Assembly: GCF_905237075.1 (NCBI RefSeq)
Contig: NW_026136706.1
Span: 24,783,935 to 24,847,934, forward strand
Length of the DNA stretch: 64,000 nucleotides
Direction: 5' to 3'
Source: Dicentrarchus labrax
Taxonomy: Eukaryota
The notes under the pieces are model-generated. The model searched no databases. It was not told where the DNA came from and was given only the letters and a program-made list of their open reading frames with translations. The translations under genes were made by a program, and so were the position numbers. Below are positions 1 through 10,650 of the stretch, piece by piece (the first letter of the stretch is position 1; the number at the start of each line of letters is the position of its first letter).

Positions 1-137
1 ACTTCCAATTTTCCCTCCAAAGACATTAAAGAAAATTAAATAATTCACCTTGTTCATGTTCATGCTAACGCCCGCCATTACTACAGTTGCTGACTTCCCT
101 CTCTCTGCGTTCTACTACGAACGAGCCTCAATGTTCT

Positions 138-215
138 GTACAGTGGCTACTGCGCTGTGATTGGTCGAAAGTCACTGAACTGTGGCTACTGTGCTGTGAT
201 TGGTCGAAGGTTACT
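138..215. repeat. Tandem duplication of a ~37-bp unit carrying inverted CCAAT boxes (…ctgtgattggtcgaa… x2)
   Basis: Direct read. ATTGG motifs at about 160 and 197. Confidence 0.6.
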
Positions 216-591
216 GGTCTTTGTGCTGAATGAATTTAGCCCAAATGGGCAGTAAATCAAGGGGGCGTGTCACGACACCAGTCAATCAAAATTGAATGGA
301 AGCGTACGCTACTGTGCTTGGGCTGTAAGAAATAAGTCCATTCAAAGGAAAAACCCAGGATATATCATATATCCTTTTTTTCTGTCACTGTTTGGTGCTG
401 CTGCTGCTCTAGGTTCCACCAAAATTTAAAACAATATGTTCTAAGGTTTTTAATAATAGTTTTTCATCTTTATTGTAAAAGACGGGGGGCTTAGCCCTGA
501 TATGGAGAATCCAACCCAGACCTTATTGATTTATTACAATCTATCTATTGAGATTTTTTTTTTACGAATTTCAATATGAACACAATAATAT

Positions 592-596
<5 letters not shown>

Positions 597-650
<54 letters not shown>
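597..650. repeat. (CA)27 microsatellite in lectin A intron 4; on the gene strand it reads (TG)n starting 6 nt into the intron
   Basis: Direct read. Confidence 0.95.
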
Positions 651-653
<3 letters not shown>

Positions 654-656
654 TAC

Positions 657-798
657 CTGCTCTTCCTCACTTTTTATCACCGCTAGATCTGCTCCTCTGT
701 TTCTGCAGTCCTCTCTGGCTTTATCCCAGGTACCAGACTCAGTGGAGAAGAGATAACAGCGGTCCTTAAACATCTTCCATCCTTCAGAACAGTTTTCA
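657..798 (-). pseudogene. Lectin A exon 4 (CTLD part 1). It is 142 nt, against 143 nt in paralogs B and C, and a 1-nt deletion at the KTCPEGW codons breaks the frame when the canonical splice sites are used.
   Basis: Read from the reverse complement as gtgaaaac-tgttctgaagg, against gtgaaaacctgtcctgaagg in paralog B. With phase-1 entry from exon 3 this reaches a stop after about 33 codons. An alternative acceptor 17 nt downstream (ttctgaag|GATGG) restores the frame but deletes the first CTLD cysteine. Confidence 0.5.
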
Positions 799-1178
799 CT
801 GTAAGATAAACATACAGACACATTACAGACCAACAAGACTCATGTAAATATTTGTGAAGTTATCTCTGTAGATGTCATTTTCAATGAATGACCCTTCAAT
901 GCCCCTCAATATATGTTCATTTGGTTGGTGATTTTTCTGTCGATATAAGAGGATTTACTGTCACAATGTAGCGCTGTGCAGAGATAGAGGCCACAGTTGT
1001 GCCAGTGGTCCATCATAATATACTGTTTGATTTAGTTGTGATTAATGAAAGGTTACGTTTGAAAGCCTGAAACTGGTTTCTCATAAAATACATTAAAATA
1101 TCTTACCACAATGCAGGATGACTTAATCACTGGATTTCTGAGTAGCAAGTGAATCTAAGCACTTCATGCAAGGACTCA

Positions 1179-1355
1179 CCCAGTTTGGACTCTGAAGTCT
1201 TTCCAGCTCTTGAGTCATTTCAGTGATTCTGGCATTCAGCAGGTCTCTCTCTTCAGTCAGGGAACAGGACTTGTTGTCACTGGCCTGAAGACGCTCAGTC
1301 AGGTTGGCTTTGATAGAGGAGAGTTCTGCAGCTGAACGCTGAGCGGAGACATGGT
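1179..1355 (-). CDS. Lectin A exon 3: neck (…ANLTERLQASDNKSCSLTEERDLLNARITEMTQELERLQSPNW)
   Basis: The frame matches ORF 1123..1368(-). The exon is 177 nt, against 171 nt in paralog B. Confidence 0.7.
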
Positions 1356-1619
1356 CTGAAATAATCAAGAAACACTTCTCTGAAACACCAGATACCTACT
1401 GGAAGATCACAAACATAAATCAGTGTGGCTTTCAGCAGTAAAGTTATGCCACTAAAATTACAATGAAAATATTTCAGTCAGACAACTCACATTTGAAATG
1501 TTTATTACAGTACTATAGTCATTTAGATTTTGGCATCTGGGCTCCAACCTCATCATTCCCCACAGATATGTTTACATAGAAATATTGGGGAGTGATGAGC
1601 AAATACCTTATTCCTAGTC

Positions 1620-1855
1620 AGAGTCTACAGGTGGATGCTTGGGTGGTGGTGGGGCTTACAGAGCAGCAGCAGCAATACGGATGCAGGGCAACAGCGGCAT
1701 TGGCAGAGCAGAGGGAGAGCTGGGGAATTGTGCAGTTTAAATAGACCGCCAGATTGGAAGGGTGCGCTTGGTTAGTAATTATGGAGTGAGGCATGTCATG
1801 TGTGTATAGCAGTGCAGCTGGAGTTGACTGCCTGAACTAGCTGGCTTCATTCCAT
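1620..1855. repeat. Interspersed repeat, (CAG)n-containing, that ends …gactgcctgaactagct. A related copy lies at 9855-10205.
   Basis: An alignment of about 80 bp (…attatggagtgaggcatgtcatgtgtgtat…ttgactgcctgaactagct) plus flanking CAG/CTG runs. Confidence 0.5.
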
Positions 1856-2015
1856 ATTATGCTTTAAACAAACAAAATATAAATGAGAAAATCGAAAGTA
1901 AATCAAACAAAAATTTAAAAAAGTGACTGAAAAGTGAGTGATTTTCAGTGAAGAATTATCCTTCTATAATCACAATCCAGCCTGACTTTAATCTCTGGAT
2001 GTGATTTAGACTCAC

Positions 2016-2117
2016 AGTGGACACCGAGGCCGATGAGTCCAACCAGCAGGAGAACAGTGAGCAGACCCAGACAGAGAACAACAGATCCATGAAATCTCCT
2101 CTCTGAGCTCCTGGGAC
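2016..2117 (-). CDS. Lectin A exon 2: transmembrane segment (GPRSSERRFHGSVVLCLGLLTVLLLVGLIGLGVH)
   Basis: Codon positions were calibrated against ORF 1945..2307(-). Acceptor and GTGAGT donor are present. Confidence 0.7.
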
Positions 2118-2237
2118 CTGAACACAGAAAAGACCAGTGAATACAGTAAATCATACAACAGCAGTAATGACAGGTAATAATACACATTTCTGCAGAGCTC
2201 AGTCTGTCAGCCTCTCTGTCTGAATCATTATTCTTAC

Positions 2238-2307
2238 CTCTCTGATTCTGGGATGCTCTTAAGTCAGCACAGTCGTCATATTCATCAGTCACATAGATTT
2301 CCTCCAT
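2238..2307 (-). CDS. C-type lectin receptor paralog A (partial; the gene continues past the window start), exon 1: MEEIYVTDEYDDCADLRASQNQR
   Basis: The frame matches ORF 1945..2307(-). It is a mirror image of paralog B exon 1, forming a head-to-head inverted duplication. Confidence 0.65.
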
Positions 2308-3358
2308 CGCTCATAAGAGTGCCAAATGTTCTGCTGTGGGTCAGCTCTGCAGCACAAGCTACTCTTCACATTAATGATAAAACTGTAACTGGGTTCAGTT
2401 TTCCTTTATTTACAGGAAGTCACACCTCAAAAACATAGTTTCTGAGATAATCGCCTGTCATCTCACTTGAAACAGGAACAAGAACTAGACTATACTAGAA
2501 TGAATAAAATGTATACATAAATGTATCATCTTCATCACATCAAGTCCATGGACATGAGCTTTGTATTTGTAATCTTCCATCACCATGTTGAAAAAAGGAA
2601 GGTGGTTTCAGAAGACAGACCACTGATTCAGTGTTCCTGGATTGATGCGAGAAAATTCTTTGAATATAACAGTATTCTTTTGAGGATTGTGCCAAAACAG
2701 CTAAGAAATACTGTAATAACCTCATCAGTTCTCACTTCATTTTTCATTCTCTGACCTCAACCGAACTTTGTTGTCATGGCCACCGTCTTTCATTTACCAC
2801 AGTTAAGGCTAGGGTTAGTAGTAGTTGTAACTTGTTGTTGCATGAACTCGACCTCAGTCATAAATCTGTTGTTCAGTTATGTTAAATACAAACATTCAGT
2901 CTAAGAGTAAAAAAATAAGCAGCATTATGGTTCCCCCAAAACATCATTTCCTGATGCAGAGTAGTTGCAGAAGGCCAGAATTTGTAAAACATAAGATTGG
3001 TCATTAAGAAAAGAGTTTTATTACTTCTCATTTTATTGTTTGAATAGCATTTTATTTTATCTCACCACTGCTGTCAACTAAAGGACACACTTACAAAGAA
3101 ATAACATATTATATGTATATATTTAGATTTTTGTCTAAAGTGTACTACTAAATACTTTATTTTACTTACTTTATAATTTTCTTACACTTTGTTCGTTCCT
3201 GTTTCAAGTGATATGACGATTTCTCAGAAACTAGTTTGAGGTGTGACTTCCTGTAGATGAAGACAAACTGAACCCAGCTTCAGTTTTATCATTAATGTGA
3301 AGAGTAGCTTGTGCTGCAGAGCTGACCCACAGCAGAACATTTGGCATGCTTATGAGCG
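2308..3358. promoter_or_regulatory. Shared head-to-head intergenic region of lectin paralogs A and B. Proximal sequences of about 160 bp (2308-2470 and 3200-3358) are mirror images around a spacer of about 730 bp.
   Basis: The reverse complement of 2308-2470 aligns with 3200-3358. The divergent start codons sit at 2307 (-) and 3359 (+). Confidence 0.5.
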
Positions 3359-3428
3359 ATGGAGGAAATCTATGTGAATGTTAAATATGACGACTGTGCT
3401 GACTTAAGAGCATCCCAGAATCAGAGAG
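3359..3428 (+). CDS. C-type lectin receptor paralog B, exon 1: start codon and N-terminal cytoplasmic tail (MEEIYVNVKYDDCADLRASQNQR)
   Basis: ATG at 3359 has a good Kozak context (gcgATGG). The exon ends at a GTAAGA donor at 3429 and is homologous to exon 1 of paralogs A and C. An upstream out-of-frame ATG lies at 3354. Confidence 0.75.
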
Positions 3429-3548
3429 GTAAGAATAATGATTCAGACAGAGAGGCTGACAGACTGAGCTCTGCAGAAATGTGTATTATTACCTGTCATT
3501 AATGCTGTTGTATCATTTACTGTATTCACTGGTCTTTTCTGTGTTCAG

Positions 3549-3650
3549 GTCCCAAGAGCTCAGAGAGGAGATTTCATGGATCTGTTGTTCTCTGTCTGGG
3601 TCTGCTCACTGTTCTCCTGCTGGTTGGACTCATCGGCCTCAGTGTCCACT
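3549..3650 (+). CDS. Lectin B exon 2: transmembrane segment (GPKSSERRFHGSVVLCLGLLTVLLLVGLIGLSVH)
   Basis: Acceptor ttcag at 3544-3548 and donor GTGAGT at 3651. The exon encodes a hydrophobic stretch of about 23 aa, the signal-anchor typical of type II receptors. Phase is 1 at both ends. Confidence 0.8.
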
Positions 3651-3807
3651 GTGAGTCTAAATCACATTCAGAGATTAAAGTCAGGCTGGATTGTGATTAT
3701 AGGAGCATCATGTTTGTTCTATGTGTCCCTTTTTGCTTGTTCAGGATTTTTCTGATCTGTTTTATTTACTGTCTTGCTTCAATTTCCACAATTACATTTT
3801 GTTCCTT

Positions 3808-5128
3808 TTAACCCTCCTGTTATGTTCGGGTCAAACTGACACGAAGTTAAAAAAATCAAAAAAGAAAATAGTTAAAAGTATTTTTTCGGTATGCTTCTGC
3901 TTGGCTTAATAAGTGTAATCAACATATAAAATGAAAATTGATTATTTCACTTATTTGCAACCCCCCCTGCATGTTTATATTACATAAATACTGTTCGAGT
4001 CAATTTATCCCCGGTAGTCAAAGTGGAGGCTAAAAGGGGTCAGACACAAGTGTGTGCGTGTGTTTGTGCGATTGGGGTGAAATATGTCTCACAGTTGCAA
4101 AGAAACAAACAGTATATATGACACTTCTGAATAGAGATGGGATTTATGGCTCTTTGAAGGGATCCGGATCTTGAGGAGCTATTCCTTTCAAAGAGCCGTT
4201 CAAAAGGCTCATTTTTATATCTATTTATTTTTAAGAAGCTACCAGACTTGAAGGAAATATTATTTTGACAGATGTTACGCTTTGCTTTGCCGTTTGTTTC
4301 GTCCGAAAAGTGCATCCACATGCTGCTGCGCTTTCTTTGGCTCATTGTAGCTGCAGTATTGACACTCCGCACTCACCTGAAGGCAGTGCGCCACTGTGTC
4401 GGACAACTCAGATGACGTCATGCAAAATTTGCATATCAAATTAGCATCCATGTGTCTCAGTGGAGGAGCAAAGGAGGAGCTTGTGTGCGCATGCTGTATG
4501 CGTGACAGCGATTTCAAAAAAAAGAAAAACGAAATGCTCTCAACTGCGACTCGGTTCCCATCGTTCATGTTAAAGAGCTGTTCAATAGATTTGGTTCCCC
4601 TTTTAGCCTCCACTTTGACTACAGGGTCAAATTAAGCCAAGAAGAAGTTTCATACCGAAAAAATACTTTTAACAATTTTTAAAATATTTTGTATATTATA
4701 TTTTTTTAACTTTAAAGCGAGTCAATTTGACCCGAACAGAAGAGGTGTCTTATGTTAATTTATTAACATCACTCCATAAGAAAGAAAATTCAAAATGTAA
4801 AATAACATTTTTAAAAAAGTCATGTAAAACTATTGTATTTTATATGTAGGTCTTTCCAATGTACATTTAAAAAAGTTTTAACATGCATTTTATACGGAAA
4901 ACAAGTGAATTATCCTCATTAAACCATGATCTGTGAGAGGTAAAGAACATCATTGCACTAAATATTGAAATGGTTAGTATTGGAGTTAATAATGAGATAT
5001 AAACAGTGTTTATTGGGATATTTTAGTTTCTAACACTTTTGGATAATTAATTGGATAATTGCCCCAGGTCAAATTGACCCGGGAACATCATTGCTGTTCC
5101 TGAGAAACGAACATAACAGGAGGGTTAA
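3808..5128. mobile_element. piggyBac-like non-autonomous DNA transposon (about 1.3 kb) in intron 2 of lectin B. It has TTAA target duplications at 3808-3811 and 5125-5128 and perfect 17-bp TIRs CCCTCCTGTTATGTTCG…CGAACATAACAGGAGGG.
   Basis: The TTAA…TTAA flanks and the CCC…GGG termini are piggyBac-superfamily hallmarks. Internal GTCAAATTGACCC palindromic subterminal repeats are present and there is no intact transposase ORF. The homologous intron of paralog A is about 1 kb shorter. Confidence 0.6.
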
Positions 5129-5331
5129 GCAGTTGTGTTTCAGTATTTTGTAATTGCACACAAAAAAGCAAACACCCAAATCAAATTGAGTTTAGTGATT
5201 TCAGCATAATTCCAGCATTTATCCAATATCAACTAATTTAACAGGAGTATAATTTTCAAGACACAACAGCAGTGGCATGTTGTATCTGACAGCTACAGGT
5301 GTTTCAGAGAAGTGTCTGTTGTTTATTTCAG

Positions 5332-5502
5332 ACCATGTCTCCGCTCAGCGTTCAGCTGCAGAACTCTCCTCTATCAAAGCCAACCTGACTGAGCGTCTTC
5401 AGGCCATTGACAACAAGTCCTGTTCCCTGACTGAAGAGAGAGACCTGCTGAATGCCAGAATCACTGAAATGACTCAAGAGCTGGAAAGGCTGACTAGTTT
5501 GG
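5332..5502 (+). CDS. Lectin B exon 3: coiled-coil neck (…ANLTERLQAIDNKSCSLTEERDLLNARITEMTQELERLTSL)
   Basis: Acceptor tttcag before 5332 and donor GTGAGT at 5503. The frame matches ORF 5277..5549 and the sequence has heptad-like leucine spacing. Confidence 0.8.
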
Positions 5503-6418
5503 GTGAGTCCTTGTCTATAGAATCTACATTTACTTGTTGTCTAATCTAAAACATTTTTACTCAGAAATTCAGTGTTCACCCTGCAATGTGATTTAGTGGC
5601 CAGTTTCAGGTCAATATTCAATATCTCCTAAAAATAAAATATGATTATGGACCACTGTAAAACTGTGGCCTCTCTCTGTGCATGAAACTACATTGTAGAC
5701 AAGGACGAAGGCTCTCTCCTGTGTAAAATAAACACACAATAGGTTTGTGTCTGTTTGATTCAGATTCCCACCACACAGGTCAAAAGTTTAAAAATCAAGC
5801 AGAAAAATCTGAATTTGGAATCTCAAACTATCCAACAAGGATAGGAGTGTAGTTTGAGGAGCATTAAATGGTCACTGATGGAAGTTCAGGAGGTTCTGAG
5901 GGTAAGGAGCGATGAACTGATGGATGTGGAGGGGAGAAGGAAGAATATGATGTCACCTGTTAGGTTGGTCTGGGAGGACGTGCTGAAGGTGTGCAGAGGG
6001 AGACTCAGTGTGGGGATTCTGTCTCAGGCGTGTTTTCTACCAGAGCTGCTTACAGGCCCCAAGACGGTACCGAGAACGAGATGTGGGAGAGGTATGCACT
6101 GATTGAATAGGAAGGGATGAGGGGAAAGAGGCTGAAGGTATGTGGGTAGAGTTTAGCAGAGGGAGGGGTAGGGTAGGATGAGGTGAATGGAAGAAGGGAA
6201 AGAAAGGGAGGGTGGGTCCAGAAAACTGAAGCAAAGGAAGGAAGGAGTTGACCAGGTATAAGAAGGTTGCCAGGTGATAAGGAGTGGTTGAGGCGTGGCC
6301 CTGCTCCTGAACCTAAGTTATCTAATCACATTCATTTCACTGAAAAAGCTGATAACTTCACAAATACATTGACACAAGTCTTGTTGGTCTGTGATGTGTC
6401 TGTATGTTTATCTTACAG

Positions 6419-6561
6419 TGAAAACCTGTCCTGAAGGATGGAAGATGTTTAATAACACATGTTATCTCCTCTCCAATGAGTCTGGTACCTGGGATAAAGC
6501 CAGAGAGGACTGCAGAAACAGAGGAGCAGATCTGGTGGTGATAAACAGCGAGGAAGAGGAG
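6419..6561 (+). CDS. Lectin B exon 4: CTLD part 1 (VKTCPEGWKMFNNTCYLLSNESGTWDKAREDCRNRGADLVVINSEEEE)
   Basis: The long-form CTLD N-terminus carries the CPxGW…C…C…WxxAxxxC pattern. Acceptor cttacag at 6412-6418 and donor GTACAG at 6562, followed at once by an intronic (GT)n tract. Confidence 0.85.
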
Positions 6562-6564
6562 GTA

Positions 6565-6566
<2 letters not shown>

Positions 6567-6610
<44 letters not shown>
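6567..6610. repeat. (GT)22 microsatellite starting 6 nt into lectin B intron 4
   Basis: Direct read. The position is homologous to the (TG)n tract in paralog A. Confidence 0.95.
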
Positions 6611-6612
<2 letters not shown>

Positions 6613-6832
6613 AACCATGACACACGACGAAAAACCCCACAACAATTATTCTGTATCACTGTGGACAAGATGGAAAAACACATCAAGATGTCTTTCTGGA
6701 AACAGATATTACCCATCTATACAGGATTTAATGAAACCTGTTATTGTCTCTTCTTCTAAGTGATATTTAGAATGATTAGGTTACGATCATTATTGCATAA
6801 TAACATAATGTGGGTTTCTTTCTGTTGAACAG

Positions 6833-6936
6833 ACGTTTCTCTCCAAGTTCATACCCTACAATGCTTGGATTGGTTTGACTGACAGAGAGGAGGAAGGGAC
6901 CTGGAAATGGATAGATGGAACTCCACTGACTCTGAC
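6833..6936 (+). CDS. Lectin B exon 5: CTLD part 2 (TFLSKFIPYNAWIGLTDREEEGTWKWIDGTPLTLT)
   Basis: Contains the WIGLTD…EGxWxWxDGTP CTLD core. Acceptor gaacag before 6833 and donor GTAAGG at 6937. Confidence 0.8.
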
Positions 6937-7957
6937 GTAAGGCTTCACTTTGGTTGAATATCAATATTAACTTATACAACTATCATTTTATATTACTAGA
7001 ATGTATTCGATGATGTGCATTCATAATTAACCTCACTGTCTGACAGACTTCATTGGCTGAAACCAAATAATCAAACTAACTATTTAAGGCCACATGGGGG
7101 CAGAAGAACTCCACAATAAGTTGCTAATCTCAGATCCCTGACATATTTTCACCTTTTAACCATTTTATGGCACAAGTGATGGCAAATGGCCTATTTATAC
7201 ATCCAGGAGACAATAGTCCATCTCTGTTTGACTCTGTAGCTGTTTATTCACCTGTATCTTTATCTGACATTTGATGGTAGTGTACAGTGTGTTTATCAGA
7301 GCACAAATTTGGTTGAAAACAGCTGCCTGCTCATGGAAATGGAGCTGATGAAAGCCTTTTTACTTTTTTAACGTTTCTGTTCAAATCTCTTCTATTCAGC
7401 GCAGATGGACAATGCAAATAAAGTCAGGTATTAATACTATATGGAGGAGACAGACAGACAGCGATGCTGTCCTTCTGATAGTGTAAGACACGTCTATGTG
7501 TCTTTCGAGAGCAGTGCTTTCCAACCTGTGGGTCGCCAAAGCTTCACAGGGGTCGCAAGGCCTTCTTGATTTTAAGGTGTATCAGAGGTGTTCATTTCTG
7601 TGAAGAAAAGTAAATGTAAATTGTTAAGTACATTGTCTAACAGAACAATGGCAAAGCATCAGGGAAAGCACTGAATTTGTCAAGAAATCACACCATTGAG
7701 TCAGTTTGATTGTTAAAAATAAAAATAAAAAAACATAATACAGAGAGAGAATTGTATAAAAAAACAGAAATTTATTTGAATCACTTGTTTTACACAAACG
7801 TCTTGCAGTTACTGAGTTCATTATTTGGGTTAATTGTACAGTTTTGTATATAAAATGAAATATCCATGGCTGATGGGTCTTGGTGATGAAGTTGTTTAAG
7901 GACTGTGTTCATGTCGGAGATACAGTGTCATGATTCTGTCGTTCTCTATCCCAGTAG

Positions 7958-8108
7958 GTACTGGGGACTACATCAGCCTGATAATGGTGGTGGAGACCCA
8001 CTGTGGGGTGAAGAGGACTGTGCACATATCAGAACTGAGGTTTCCACTCACTGGAATGATCTGTCCTGTGAAGCTTCTCTGCGATGGATCTGTGAACAAA
8101 CAGCATAA
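7958..8108 (+). CDS. Lectin B exon 6: CTLD part 3 with QPD and WND motifs and stop codon (YWGLHQPDNGGGDPLWGEEDCAHIRTEVSTHWNDLSCEASLRWICEQTA*)
   Basis: QPD and WND are Ca2+/galactose-type carbohydrate-binding motifs, and a C…C disulfide pattern is present. TAA stop at 8106-8108. An alternative acceptor 3 nt upstream (7955) is equally possible. Confidence 0.8.
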
Positions 8109-9149
8109 CACTGCTGTATAAATTGTTCTTAAAATTGTAATCTATTATGTCAATCTAATACGTCAACTTGCATGTTTGTAAAAAATGTGTTTGAGTGTTT
8201 GACTGTGCTGAGCACAGTGCTATTGTATGTATTCAAACACCTTCAAATCACAGCTGTAGCTAAATATTGACGTGCAATATTGGAATGCCCCTATAGTAGT
8301 TAATGATTAAAAATGTCTTAACTGTATCTTTCCCTTTTTCTAATAACCAAAATAAAATATTAATAGTACATAATTTCAGATTATTTTGTTGGTGACCCTA
8401 TTCGAATCTGGCTACTTTTTTCGACTGAAAATGGAAGTTGGAGTAGTTTTCCTTGTGATCCAGCAGATAGCGCTGTACTATGAGGATGAGCAATGACATG
8501 CCCTATTGAGCTGTCAGTAAACTAGACTAGTAATGTAATGTTCCTGAATGGACAGTCACGACCCCAAAGCATTGGAGAAGCAGTGTGCTTCTGTCGACTA
8601 GGGACAAATCAGCTGTCCAACTCTACAACTCCAAATCCGCAAACTTGCTAACGTAGGCCGCCTCAGTGAGGCAGCAGAGCGGCGGCACCACAGACAACCT
8701 CGTCTGACTGCTATTGTTCAGCACACTCGGCTTCAGCGGGTTGCTTGATCACCATCACCAATAAGACAGCAACATTAATATGCAAGGATATGCAGCCCAT
8801 TGGTGTGGTAAGAGCGAATGTCTTATCCTATAGTCTTTATCTTATGCTTTCCTCAGCGGCACTTTCCATTTGTTCTGTGTTTTGAGATTATTTTTCCAAA
8901 TTCATTGAAACGAATTGTGTGTCATTTGAAATTTGTTCAAACCTGATTCGTAAGTGTTGGCCTTACAAGGCAGTGTGGCCAGCAGAGGTAGTAAGGAAGA
9001 GTGGGTTAGCAAGGTGGGGCTAATTTTTGCGGTCCAGTGTGTGGAATATAATATTCATTGGTATGTTTTCATTAGTGTATAATCATGAAAATAGTAGTTG
9101 TTGTGTTTTTGTTACTTTAGAATGAGTTGTTTTTATCTACAGATGCCTG

Positions 9150-9300
9150 CCATGTTTCTACTGTAGCCCAGAATGGACAAACCAAACACTGGCTGTAAAT
9201 GGGGCCTTCTGTGTTTTTCAGCCACCATCATTTCTCATACACACTTCACAGCCCTTTCTCATTCCCAGGTCATTAACTACAGACGCTGGCAGTGTTCAGT
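9150..9300. repeat. Interspersed repeat (…ctactgtagcccagaatggacaaaccaaacactggct…); a second copy lies at 61975-62105
   Basis: Direct alignment of the two regions. Confidence 0.6.
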
Positions 9301-10584
9301 TAGTTGCAATTTGCAACTTCACCACTAGATGCCACTAAATCTTACCCACTGGACCTTTCAGTGTGTCCATATCCAATTATTATCCAGGCTGATTCATACT
9401 GTCACAGACCGGCTGGGGGAAGGGGAAAAGAGGAGAGTACAACACATGAGTTTTTAACTAAATACTTATTTCACAAAAATATAAGGAAATAATGATAATA
9501 TAAAGTATGTCAATCAGTGCGTCAGTAGTGTTTGACGCGTTTGTATGAGTGACAGTGAAGTATAATGAATAAAGAAAATGAACACCAAGAAAAGTTAAAC
9601 CCAAACAACAAACCATATGCCCAGAAAGAGAGAGAGAAACTGACTGACTCCTCCAGCTTATAAAGCTGAGGAGCAGCAGGTGCTAATGCACTTCCTGCTT
9701 CCCTCCTAAAAGGGAAAGACAGCCCAAACAGGAAGTCAAGAGGGCTGTCACAATACAGTTGTGTTTTCACCAAATAAACTGACCATAAACATGATGAGAG
9801 TGCTGAGCTGATGACCTGTTTCTGGAAAAGAAATCCTTATTTTACATTACATTACCTTATTTATACCTTACATTACAGTCAGCTTGGAAAAACTTGTCTC
9901 TAGGGAAGTAGCGGTGTCCACCATGAGCTGGAAGCCTTCCTCGAGAGCTCCCCCCATGGCGCCCTCTTCTTCTGGAGGCTCTGTGTGCTGCTGCTGCTGC
10001 TGCTGACGTGTCTGCTGACGTGTCTGCTGTTTTTTTGGAGGAATCCTGTATTGTCTTTTTCTTCTGACACAACATGTAAGGTTGGTTGAGCGGTGAAGGT
10101 CAGTCCAAATGTATTTATTTCTAGTGATTATGGAGAGTGAGGTATGTCACATGTGTATGGAGGTGCGGCTCGAATTGACTGCCTGAACTAGCTCCATGTA
10201 TCAAAGCGAAAGAAAATCAACTCTGTTCTGGGCTAAGCCCCTTTTAAACTTGGGCCCCTGGCAGCCAACAATCCCTGTGGCCTGCTCGCCAACATCATCT
10301 GGCAAAAAGTATCCCCTGGGAGAACCCTCAACTCCTGTTTATATAGCCTGTGGCTCCTCCTACCCCAGGAAGTAATGATTAAGGAATCAATTAACTTATA
10401 GCACACATTTACCTGATAGCCAATAGATCATTTTAGAAGTCAACAGTGGAAAAAGTGTGACTGTAACAGTGACTGAGGTGGACAAGCACTCTATGTTGTG
10501 TCTTATTTAAGTTACAGGTCACGGGGCATCCCTGTGACACACTGCACTATCTATATATCAGTCTGTCTGTGTCTGACTGAACAT

Positions 10585-10650
10585 TCTTACCTGTCTGGTT
10601 TCTAAAGAGTCTTGAGTCAACAGGTTTGTCAATAGATTTCCTCCACTGAG
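10585..10650 (-). pseudogene. Relic exon 1 of a decayed fourth lectin copy. It is homologous to lectin C exon 1 with the GTAAGA donor, but the start ATG is mutated to GTG.
   Basis: The reverse complement aligns to 15395-15480. Intron-2-like repeat material lies at 9850-10200, and no TM or CTLD exons were found. Confidence 0.45.

Noticed and set aside
150-215. Tandem ATTGG-containing 37-bp duplication as a promoter of lectin A
   Set aside because: It lies inside lectin A (downstream of exon 4 on the gene strand), not upstream of its start. Its function is unknown, and it may be part of a repeat.
534-836. Microsatellite-spanning ORFs translating to CVCV… or HTHT…, at 534-836, 6358-6716, 31505-31884, 42730-42951 and 47871-48128
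   Set aside because: Dinucleotide repeats are open in several frames, so these are not coding.
4040-4635. ORFs of 110, 112 and 79 aa inside lectin B intron 2
   Set aside because: They lie inside the piggyBac-like MITE, overlap each other on both strands, have no recognisable domain and are interrupted by palindromic subrepeats.
6391-6759. 122-aa plus-strand ORF that seems to extend the CTLD exon through (GT)n
   Set aside because: This is read-through into the intron (CVCVCV from the microsatellite). The real exon is 6419-6561, bounded by canonical AG and GT sites and matching the 143-nt exon of paralog C.
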